Shown piece after piece: positions 55,914 to 64,000 of a stretch of DNA of 64,000 nt. The DNA is taken from positions 37,194-101,193 of the forward strand of contig CAWCSN010000012.1 of NCBI GenBank assembly GCA_963798235.1, written 5' to 3'. The DNA comes from an uncultured Alphaproteobacteria bacterium. Lineage in GTDB: Bacteria > Pseudomonadota > Alphaproteobacteria > Rhodobacterales > Rhodobacteraceae. Made by a program: the position numbers and the translations under genes. Every line of letters starts with the position of its first letter. The first letter of the stretch is position 1. The notes below the pieces were generated by a model. It searched no databases. It saw only the letters and a program-made list of their open reading frames with translations, and was not told the origin of the DNA.

Positions 55914-56825
55914 ATGACGGTCTTCAGCGTTCGGCACACCACGGTCTATCACTATCGCCGCCCGGTGGGCTTCGGCGTGCATCAGATCATGTTCCGCCCG
56001 CGCGACAGTTATGACCAGCGGTTGATCGAGGCGACGCTGGCGGTCGAGCCCGGCGGCGCGTCGGTGCGCTGGAGCCACGACGCCTTCGGCAACTGCGTTG
56101 CGCGGGTCGAGGTCGCGGGTCAGGCGCGGCGGCTGCGCTTCGACACGCGCATTCTCGTCGAGCATGTCGCGGACACGGGGCCCGATCCCGAGACCGACGC
56201 GGCGGCGCAGCACTTTCCCTTCGCCTACGATCCCGACGAGGCCGCGGACCTGGAGAGCACGATCCGGCCGCACTATCCCCACGACGAGGTGACGCGCTTT
56301 GCCCGGCGCTTCGTGAAGCCCGCGGGCGCGACCGACACCGGGCGGATGCTGATGACGCTGTGCTTCGCCATCCATGAGAGCTTCTCCTATGCCCGGCGGA
56401 CGGCGCGGGGAACGCAGGAGCCGGCGCTGACGCTGCAGCTTCGCCGCGGGACCTGCCGGGACTTCGCGCTCCTGATGATGGAGGCGGTGCGGTCGCTCGG
56501 GCTCGCGGCGCGCTTTGTCACCGGCTATCTCTATGTGCCCACGCGCGATGCGGCGGAGGTGCGGGGCGGCGGATCGACCCATGCCTGGTGCCAGGTTTAC
56601 CTGCCCGGGGCGGGCTGGGTGGAATTCGATCCGACCAACGGCATCGTCGGCAGCCGCGATTTGATCCGCGTCGGCGTGGCGCGGGATCCGCGCCAGGCTG
56701 TGCCGCTCAGCGGCAGCTATGTCGGCGCGGCCGGCGACTATGAGGGGATGGTCGTCGAGGTGAAGGTGACGGCCGAGCGGGAGGCGGTGGAGGAGCCGGG
56801 CGTCGTGGCGCTGCCAAACCGTTAG
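55914..56825 (+). CDS. Transglutaminase-like protein with N-terminal bacterial TG domain
   Basis: VRHTTVYHY, DAFGN, GTCRDFA, ARFVTGY, HAWCQVY, EFDPTN (Cys-His-Asp triad). Confidence 0.9.
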   Translation: MTVFSVRHTTVYHYRRPVGFGVHQIMFRPRDSYDQRLIEATLAVEPGGASVRWSHDAFGNCVARVEVAGQARRLRFDTRILVEHVADTGPDPETDAAAQHFPFAYDPDEAADLESTIRPHYPHDEVTRFARRFVKPAGATDTGRMLMTLCFAIHESFSYARRTARGTQEPALTLQLRRGTCRDFALLMMEAVRSLGLAARFVTGYLYVPTRDAAEVRGGGSTHAWCQVYLPGAGWVEFDPTNGIVGSRDLIRVGVARDPRQAVPLSGSYVGAAGDYEGMVVEVKVTAEREAVEEPGVVALPNR

Positions 56826-56902
56826 GCACTCGGGAACCGTGCAGTGGGAGCGGCGTTCTGCCTTCCAACGACAGGGTCAAGAGAAGATTGGATACCAACC
56901 AG

Positions 56903-57739
56903 ATGCGAATTCGTGCCGGCTATGACCTCAGCTACCAGTGCATGCAGCCGACGCCGATGGTTCTTTGCGTCGACATCCATCCGTCGCGCGAGAAGGACCT
57001 GCTGACCGAGCAGGCGGTGCATTTCTCGCCGCCGGTGCAGGCGGACCGCTACGTCGACACCTTCGGCAACATCTGCCGGCGCATCATGGCGCCAGCGGGG
57101 GTGACGACGATTTCGACGCGCTTCGATATCGAGGACAGCGGGGCCCCGGACGAGGTGAACTGGGGCGCGGTTCAGCACCCGGTCGAGGAGTTGCCGCAGG
57201 ATGTGATCCTCTACCTGCTCCAGAGCCGCTACTGCGACACCGACCGCCTCGGGTCGTTCGCCTGGGCGAACTTCGGCAATACGCCCTACGGCTGGGGGCG
57301 GGTTCAGGCGATCTGCGACTTCGTCCACAACCACATTCGCTTCGACTATCAGCGGGCGGATGCGACGCGGACGGCGTCGGGCGGGCTGGCCGAGGGGACC
57401 GGGGTCTGCCGCGACTTCGCCCATCTCGCGATCGCGCTCTGCCGCTGCATGAACATTCCGGCGCGCTACTGCACCGGCTATCTCGGCGACATCGGCGTGC
57501 CGGCGGTGCCCGATCCGATGGACTTCAGCGGCTGGTTCGAGGCCTATCTCGGCGGGCGCTGGTACACCTTCGACGCCCGGCACAACAAGCCGCGCATCGG
57601 GCGGGTGCTGATCGCGACCGGGCGGGATGCCACCGACGTTGCGATCTCGACGAGCTTCGGGCCGTCGGCGCTGGTGAAGTTCGAGGTCTTCACCGACGAG
57701 CTCTGCGAGGGCCGGCCGGTCAACGCGGCGGCGGCCTGA
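56903..57739 (+). CDS. Transglutaminase-like protein
   Basis: DTFGN, SRYCDTD, GVCRDFAH, PARYCTGY, DFSGWFEAY, FDAR, GRDA.DV. Confidence 0.9.
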   Translation: MRIRAGYDLSYQCMQPTPMVLCVDIHPSREKDLLTEQAVHFSPPVQADRYVDTFGNICRRIMAPAGVTTISTRFDIEDSGAPDEVNWGAVQHPVEELPQDVILYLLQSRYCDTDRLGSFAWANFGNTPYGWGRVQAICDFVHNHIRFDYQRADATRTASGGLAEGTGVCRDFAHLAIALCRCMNIPARYCTGYLGDIGVPAVPDPMDFSGWFEAYLGGRWYTFDARHNKPRIGRVLIATGRDATDVAISTSFGPSALVKFEVFTDELCEGRPVNAAAA

Positions 57740-58940
57740 AGGCGAAGAGGTCGGCATCCGGGTCCGTGCCGCCTGCGAGGGCGGTGCGGATGATCTCGGC
57801 GGCGAGGCGGCTGAAGACGGTGCCGTTGCCGCCGTAGCCGAGCACGGCCCAGCACGCCGGATGGCGCGGGATGGGCGCGATGGTCGGCAGGCCGGTTTCG
57901 CTGCCACCGAAGGTGCCGCACCAGGCAAACTCGGGCGTCGCATCGATCCGCGGGAAGAGCTTGGCAGCCTTCGCCGCTAGGGTCTTCGATTTTTCGGCCA
58001 GCCGTGCGTCGCGTTTCTTCTCGTCGACGAAATCCTCGTCCTCGCCGCCGATGATCACCCGCCCGTCGGGGGTGGTCCGGCAGTAGAGATAGGGGTCGGA
58101 GGCCTCCCAGATCATCGACCGGCCCGGCCACAGCCGTCTTGGCTGGGGCTTTGTCGCGATGGCGTAGGTCGAGAGCAGGGTGTGGCCGTGGAGCGGCACG
58201 AAGGCCGGGAACTCGTAGCCGGTCGCAAAGACGATGGTGCGGCAATTGATCTCGCCGTCGCGGGTATGAGCGACGACCCGGTCGGGGGAGTGCTCGATGT
58301 CGGCGATTTCCACCGGGGCGGCAAGGCGGGCGCCATGGGCGATGGCGACGCGGAGGAAGCCGGCGGCGAGGCGGCGCGGATCGGCGGAGAAACCGTCGTG
58401 GGAGATGAGGGCTGCCGGACGGTCGATGCCGTGGTCCCGGCGCAGGGCGGCGCGGTCGAGGAGGGCGGTCTCGAGGCCGATGGCGCGGCGGGCCTCGACC
58501 TCGGCGCGGAGGCCGTCGGCATCGAGGACGTCGCCGGCGAGATAGAGGCTGCTCCGGGTCTCGGCCTCGGCGTCGATGCCGAGCGACCGGGTCCGGGCGA
58601 GCAGGCCGCGGGTGGCGAGGAACGACCGCCGCCAGGCGCGGGCGGCGTCGGCGGCTCCGATGCGTTTGGCGAGCACGGTCAGGGGCTCGTCGATATCGTA
58701 CTGGATGAGGGCGGTGCTGGCTGCCGTCGAGCCGAGGGCGGCGCCGCGGCGATCGACGACGATGACGCGGTGACCGTCGGTCGCCAGCATTTCCGCGATG
58801 AGGGCGCCGGAGATGCCGGCGCCGACGACGAGAACGTCGGTGTATTCGGCGCGACGCAGCGTCACGCGCTTGAGGGGCGGGAGCCGGCGCGACTGCCAGA
58901 TCGATTTGCCGGTGCGGAGGTCCCGCTCGACTGTGGCCAT
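57720..58940 (-). CDS. FAD-dependent oxidoreductase (DAO/DadA family)
   Basis: VLVVGAGISG, GSTAASTA, FATGYE, GGED, GYGGNG. Confidence 0.88.
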   Translation of the reverse strand: MATVERDLRTGKSIWQSRRLPPLKRVTLRRAEYTDVLVVGAGISGALIAEMLATDGHRVIVVDRRGAALGSTAASTALIQYDIDEPLTVLAKRIGAADAARAWRRSFLATRGLLARTRSLGIDAEAETRSSLYLAGDVLDADGLRAEVEARRAIGLETALLDRAALRRDHGIDRPAALISHDGFSADPRRLAAGFLRVAIAHGARLAAPVEIADIEHSPDRVVAHTRDGEINCRTIVFATGYEFPAFVPLHGHTLLSTYAIATKPQPRRLWPGRSMIWEASDPYLYCRTTPDGRVIIGGEDEDFVDEKKRDARLAEKSKTLAAKAAKLFPRIDATPEFAWCGTFGGSETGLPTIAPIPRHPACWAVLGYGGNGTVFSRLAAEIIRTALAGGTDPDADLFAFRPPPR

Positions 58941-59046
58941 GCGCCGCCTGTTCCTCCGCCCTTGGTCGCCTAGCGATAGGGGCGGGCGGGCTCGGTGACA
59001 ACGGCGTCGAAGTGCCGCGGCCTAGATGGCGCTGCGGCCGGTGCAG

Positions 59047-59298
59047 TCAGTCCTTGAGCACGACCGCGTCGGGGTCGGGCTGGATCAGGGTGCCGAGGTC
59101 GGGATTCTCCATATCGACGGTCTCGACCGTTTCGTCGGGGCCGGCTGCGGGCGCTTCGGTTTCCGCTTCGACGCCATCTGTTCCGATCTCGCGCTCGGCC
59201 TGGAGCCAGTGTTCTTCCGCACGGTCGGCGGGTTGGCCCTCCTCGTGCCAAAGGGCGAGAGCGCGTTCGCGGATGCGGTCCTGTCGGGTGCTGTTCAT
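59047..59298 (-). CDS. DUF2934 family small protein
   Basis: IRERALALWHEEGQP..AEEHWLQAEREI; AGGAAG RBS upstream. Confidence 0.8.
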   Translation of the reverse strand: MNSTRQDRIRERALALWHEEGQPADRAEEHWLQAEREIGTDGVEAETEAPAAGPDETVETVDMENPDLGTLIQPDPDAVVLKD

Positions 59299-59529
59299 GG
59301 CGACTTCCTTTTGAAAGGATATCACCAAGTGAACCGCCGGCGCCGGCCGGGGTTCCGTCACTCCCGGGCGATTTCCCCGCGGATCGCGCCGCCGGCGAGG
59401 CCGGCGAGGGTGGCGGCCTAAGCGACGAGTTCCGGCGACGCTTGCGGTCGATGCCGTCGAGATGGGACCGGGCGAGGTTACGCACGTCGCCGCTGGCGAG
59501 GCTCCTTGTCGTCGTAGGGGGAGGAACGG

Positions 59530-61025
59530 CGGCTCAACATGTTCAGCCTGATCGCGGTGGGGGTGGCGGCGGCCTACGGCTTCAGCGTTGTCGCGGTGGT
59601 CGCGCCGGGGCTGTTTCCGCCGGGCTTTCAGGGGCATGGCGGGCAGGTCGGGGTTTATTTCGAGGCGGCGGCGGTGATTGTCGTGCTGGTTCTGCTCGGG
59701 CAGATCCTCGAGCTCACCGCCCGCGACCGCACCGGCGCGCGCGATCCGGGCCTGATCGGGTTGGCGCTGAAGACGCGCGCTGGTCTGCGGGACGGGCACG
59801 AGGAGGAGCTACCGCTTGCGGCGGTGAAGGTCGGCGACCGGCTGCGGGTTCGGCCGGGAGAGAAGGTGCCGGTCGACGGGACGGTGGTCGAGGGACATTC
59901 GATTGTCGACGAGTTGATGCTCACGGCGAGGCGCTGCCGGTCGAGAAGGCGGCCGGGGGACGCGGTGACCGGCGGCGACGCTGAACGGCCGCGGCAGTCT
60001 GGTCGTCGAGGCGGGACGGGTCGGGGCGGATACCGTGCTGGCGCAGATCGTCGCCATGGTGGCGAGCGCACAGCGGTCGCGGGCGCCGATCCAGCGCGTC
60101 GCAACTCGGTGGCGGCGTGGTTCGTGCCGGCGGTGATCGCGGTGGCCGTTGTCGCCTTCGTCGCTGGGCGGTTGGGGGCCGGCGCCGGCGCTGGCCTATG
60201 CGCTGATCGACGGCGATTTCGGTGCTGATCGTGGCTGTCCCTGCGCCTCGGGCTGGCGACGCCGATGTCGATCATGACGGCGACCGGGCGGGGGGCGCAG
60301 GTCGGGGTGCTGGTCCGCGACGCCGAGGCGCTGGAGCGGCTGGCACGGTGGATACGCTGGTGTGGACAAGACCGGGACGCTGACGATGGGCAAGCCGGCG
60401 CTGGTGGCGGTGCTGCCGCTGCGGGCTTCGACGAGGGGGCGTTGCTGCGGCTGGCGGCGGGGCTGGAGCGCGGGTCGGAGCACCCGCTGGCGAGGCGATC
60501 GTGCAGGGAGCGGTCGGCGCGGGATCGAGCCGGGGGCGGTGTCCGGCTTCGAGGCGGTGACGGGGCAGGGGGTGCGGGGGACGGTCGAGGGCCGGGCGGT
60601 GGCGCTCGGGAATGCGCGGATGATGGTGGAGCTGGGAGTGGACCGGCCTTTCCGCCCGAGGCGGACGCGCGGCGCGATGCCGGCGAAACGGTGATGGCCG
60701 TGGTCGTCGACGGGCGGCCGGCGGGGATGATCAGCGTCGCCGATCGCTCAAGGAGACACGGCGGCGGCAATCACGGCGCTCCACGCCGCGGGCTGCGCAT
60801 CGTCATGGCGACGGGCGACAACGCGCGGACGGCGCGAGGCGTTGGCGGGGCTGCTCGGGATCGACGAAGTCATGCCGACGTGCTGCCGAGGACAAGGCGC
60901 GGATCGTGCGAGTCAGGTGCGGGGCGACGGGTGGCGATGGCGGGGGACGGCGTAATGACGCGCCGGTCTGGCGGAGGCCGACGTCGGAATCGCAATGGGG
61001 ACGGGGTCGGACGTGGCGATGGAGG
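59530..61025 (+). pseudogene. Cu(I)-translocating P1B-ATPase (CopA-like) fragment with many frameshifts
   Basis: NMFSLI, YFEAAAVI, RPGEKVPVDG, broken CPC..LATPMS, DKTGTLT, SEHPLA, MATGDN, MAGDG, GIAMGTGSDVAME across frames; both ends missing. Confidence 0.85.
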
Positions 61026-61028
61026 GGG

Positions 61029-61511
61029 TCAGTGGGTGAGGCGGATGGAGAGGGCGGTCAGCGCCTCTCGGTCGGCGTCGCTCAGCGTGTCCATGCCGGC
61101 GGTTTCCTCGTGGAGTTCCGTCAGGAGGGTTTCCATTTCGCTGAGTTCGCCGTCCTCGTACTCGCGATCGGCGCGGGCGAAGCCGCCTATGCTGCGCGTG
61201 CCGGTGGCGTAGACCGATATCGCGGCCCCGTTCATCAGGCCGAAATTGCGCGCCTCGTCGAATACCTTCTGTTCATCGAGGCGTTCGAGGGCGGACCAGC
61301 GGGTGCGGCCGAGGTTCTGCATGCCCCACTGCACGACGGGGTCGCGCAGCAATAGTCCACCCGCGTTATAGCGGTCGAGCCAACGCTGCGCATACGTCTG
61401 GAACATGTACCGGGGGGCGGAAAAGGTGATGTGCAGCGCAATCGCAAAGCCGGAGGGGCTGCGGCGATCCAGATCGTGCAGCAGCGCCGCTATGCTCGCT
61501 TTGTTGCTCAT
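61029..61511 (-). CDS. Stand-alone autoinducer-binding domain protein (LuxR N-domain without HTH)
   Basis: 160 aa; W..Y (WLDRY), DP (RDPVV), W (TRWS), G (FGLMNG) pocket residues; no C-terminal HTH. Confidence 0.85.
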   Translation of the reverse strand: MSNKASIAALLHDLDRRSPSGFAIALHITFSAPRYMFQTYAQRWLDRYNAGGLLLRDPVVQWGMQNLGRTRWSALERLDEQKVFDEARNFGLMNGAAISVYATGTRSIGGFARADREYEDGELSEMETLLTELHEETAGMDTLSDADREALTALSIRLTH

Positions 61512-61639
61512 CAGACCCCGCGGTTCGCGACATGGTTGCAGCACGGCCGGCAGGACTCTAACCTCGGCTGCTGCAAGGGTAGGCGCGATGGCCGCTTGGC
61601 GGAAGCGCGTTGTTGCCGGATCGGAGAATTGACTGAAAA

Positions 61640-62251
61640 ATGAATGAGTTACTGGTTGATCCGGCCGAACTGAGCATTCTTGCCCCGGCTGGCTTCTACG
61701 TAGCGATCCGAATCGGTTTCGCCTTTCCGATGGTGGAATTGAACCATCTCCCGCCGGGCTGGGTGCGCGAGTACACCGCAGGCGGTCTGATGGTTCACGA
61801 TCCCGCGATGTCCTGGGCCTACAAAAACACCGGCGTGACCCGGTGGGCCGATCTTGTTGCGAGTGACTCGCTCGGGGTCCTCGACCTTGCCAAGGACCAC
61901 GGTTTGAACTTCGGAGCCGTTGTAAGCTGCACTGATAGCAGCGATCCAAGTCAGCGTTCGTTTGGAATTTTCTGCCGCTCGGATCGCGAGTTAGAGCCAC
62001 GGGAGTTGCTTCGCCTCTCCGACCGGGTCGCCGAGGCCCATCACGCGCACGCCCGGCCGTCGAACCTCACCAACGCCGAGATCGAAACGCTTGGGCTGGT
62101 GAAGAACGGCTTGCTGATGAAAGAGATTGCCGCGATTCTCAATGTCTCGGAGAGCGCGATCAAACAGCGGCTCAAGAATGCGCGTCTCAAGCTCAATGCC
62201 AAGACTGGACCGCAGGCTGCGGCTATGGCGACAATGTTTGGCATGATCTAA
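61640..62251 (+). CDS. luxR: LuxR family quorum-sensing regulator
   Basis: WVREY, HDP, TRW, HGL pocket; LTNAEIETL..G..KEIA..L..SESAIK HTH. Confidence 0.92.
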   Translation: MNELLVDPAELSILAPAGFYVAIRIGFAFPMVELNHLPPGWVREYTAGGLMVHDPAMSWAYKNTGVTRWADLVASDSLGVLDLAKDHGLNFGAVVSCTDSSDPSQRSFGIFCRSDRELEPRELLRLSDRVAEAHHAHARPSNLTNAEIETLGLVKNGLLMKEIAAILNVSESAIKQRLKNARLKLNAKTGPQAAAMATMFGMI

Positions 62252-62304
62252 GTCGCACCTGGCTGCCGTCCCGTCCCGGCCCGGCTGTGCGACGTTGAAC
62301 TCAT

Positions 62305-62320
62305 TGAAACAGCCATTAAC
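62305..62320 (+). promoter_or_regulatory. CtrA-like box upstream of luxI
   Basis: TGAA-ACAGCCA-TTAAC, one mismatch to TTAA-N7-TTAAC, 50 nt before the luxI ATG. Confidence 0.45.
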
Positions 62321-62370
62321 AAAGCGGGGGTTCCCGGCTTAGCTACGCTCTCCACCTTGGAGAGTAAGTC

Positions 62371-62976
62371 ATGCACTACGTTACCTTCGATTTCTTTGGT
62401 CAGCATCGCCATGGTTTGGCGTTTTACGATTACCTGCGGTTGAGGAAGGGCTTCTTCGTCGACGATCTCGGATGGGACATTCCCCATAACGACGACGTCG
62501 AGATGGACCAGTACGACAATCCCTGCGCCCACTATTGCCTCGTCATGCACAATGGCGCCGTTGTCGGCGGCGCGCGGGCGATGTCGACGTCGGCGACTTG
62601 GGGCCAGCATACCTACATGCTGCGCGACGCGCTTCGCGGAAGTCTCGAGCAGATTCCGGCGGAGGTCATGCCCTATGACATCGCGACCGACGATGTCTGG
62701 GAAGGCAGCCGGCTGGTGATCTCCGACGATCTGACGAAACAGGCCGAACGGTCGGAGTGTCTCGCGCTGATCTTCACCGGCCTCGCCGAGATCACCAACC
62801 GCCACGGCGGGCTCGAACTCGTCGGGCTGACGCGTCCGCCACTGGTCCGGGCGCTGCGCCAGCTCGGCTTCGCCGCCAGCCGCCTCGGAAAGCCCTATGT
62901 CAGCGACGACGGCAGGCAATATGCCGTTCTGCACATGCCGACGGCAGCTCCGGCCCAGCTGATCGCGGCGGAGTGA
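62371..62976 (+). CDS. luxI: Acyl-homoserine-lactone synthase
   Basis: LRK.FFV..LGW, EMDQYD, GGAR, WEGSR; adjacent to luxR. Confidence 0.92.
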   Translation: MHYVTFDFFGQHRHGLAFYDYLRLRKGFFVDDLGWDIPHNDDVEMDQYDNPCAHYCLVMHNGAVVGGARAMSTSATWGQHTYMLRDALRGSLEQIPAEVMPYDIATDDVWEGSRLVISDDLTKQAERSECLALIFTGLAEITNRHGGLELVGLTRPPLVRALRQLGFAASRLGKPYVSDDGRQYAVLHMPTAAPAQLIAAE

Positions 62977-63395
62977 TCGTTCGGCGACGGCGTGGCAATG
63001 GTGATTCCGGTGGAAATTCGGCGGAAAACGCCCACCTGAAATCGTTTTTTATGCGTCGGCCTGTCCGGGCCTATACAATTGTACAGCTTCGGTAAGGGGC
63101 GGAAAATGCGTAAAGGTTGTGCCGGGAGCGAGATACAGAATGCGCGTAAAAAAGCCGGAATTCGGAATCGGAGTGGGCTGGTTCAGGCCCGAGGTGCCAT
63201 CAAGGGCGCGGCGGTGTGGCTTCGCACGACCGGGTCCATTGTAAAAGATCGAAACCGGCGGCCGGGATCCCCCAAGGGGGTCGGCCGGCCAGATAACCCT
63301 ACAGAGGCAAGTATACTTCCGCATCGGCCAGCAGGCGCACGGTGGAGACCGGCTTTGCGCGCCGGCGGAGGAATGACAGGAGCAGGCGAATAAAG

Positions 63396-63803
63396 ATGCA
63401 GATGAATTCCAGCGAGATCGACACGTACGTCGGGCAGCGCATGCGCGCGCTCCGCGAGAAGCTCGGTCTCAGCCAGGGGCGTCTCGGGCGTCAGCTCGGG
63501 CTGACCTTCAGCCAGGTGCAGAAGTACGAGAAGGGGGCCAACCGCATCGGAGCGGGGCGGCTCTACATCCTCGCTGCGCTGCTCGACGTTCCGATCCAGT
63601 ATTTCTTCGAAGACATCTCAGAGCGGCCGGACCGGCTCGCCGAGCACCGCAAGCCGGCGCCTCAGGGCAGCGAGCTGCGCGACCTCGAGGATGCCTTCCT
63701 GTCGATCAACGACAACTCCACGCGGCGATCCCTGATCGCCCTGGTTCGTTCACTGGCCGCGCCCGACAAGTCGGGCCGGGAAGCAGGTGCCGCCACCGGC
63801 TGA
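63396..63803 (+). CDS. XRE/Cro-C1 HTH transcriptional regulator
   Basis: IDTYVGQRMR, GLSQGRLG..LGLTFSQVQKYEKGANRIGAGRL, YFFE. Confidence 0.9.
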   Translation: MQMNSSEIDTYVGQRMRALREKLGLSQGRLGRQLGLTFSQVQKYEKGANRIGAGRLYILAALLDVPIQYFFEDISERPDRLAEHRKPAPQGSELRDLEDAFLSINDNSTRRSLIALVRSLAAPDKSGREAGAATG

Positions 63804-64000
63804 CGGCCGGGATGGCGGGCCGGCGCTGGGGGGCGCCGGCACTTCCCATGCCCCGCCTTCAGGCAGGTCATGGGACGCGCGGCTGGTCACGCCGCGCAGG
63901 AACGGGCGAGGGAGGGCCGCTTGCGGCTCGTCTCCCCTGGCCTGAGCTGTTGGCAGCGCCGTCCAGAGGGCGGAGGCGCAAGCACTCCGGTGTGGGGTGG

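Noticed and set aside
61561-61580. ACCT-N12-GGGT as a lux box between the divergent LuxR-type genes
   Set aside because: Only the ends resemble the consensus and internal dyad symmetry is weak; not supportable without a PWM or conservation data.

Overview
High-GC alphaproteobacterial chromosome segment; gene content and order point to Rhodobacteraceae/Paracoccaceae (inference). It is mostly core genes: aroK-aroB, glnD-murJ, lpoA-like/rsmI/yraN, pyrF, trgB-like NUDIX-cysK-MscS, rplU-rpmA-GNAT-obgE-proBA, tldE-cysQ-waaA-lpxK, two cyclophilins, fabF-acp-lpxD-L,D-transpeptidase, ubiB-ubiE-mutM, ileS, bpt and ppk2. Accessory patches are an ars operon, a wHTH-TolB-TPR regulator, acvB/virJ, two transglutaminase-like genes, a decayed Cu-ATPase and a luxR-luxI locus with a divergent HTH-less LuxR ligand-binding protein. 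About a dozen isolated 1-nt frameshifts, several in essential genes, look like sequencing-consensus errors. The strongest unexplained signal is a three-copy intergenic module (about 11.96, 19.98 and 30.08 kb). Each copy has three phased TTAAC/TGAAC boxes, an IHF consensus site, a covarying palindrome around CGCACGCGTGCG and a shared terminal motif; the box-IHF-palindrome spacings are conserved while the spacer sequences diverge. Also notable: a locally recoded, indel-dense ~380-nt block inside the ileS editing domain, a leaderless Ile-codon leader peptide before ileS, a ~70-nt promoter/terminator-bounded sRNA candidate and an 11-bp-periodic TGCACA array. All calls come from reading the sequence by eye; no database searches were run.
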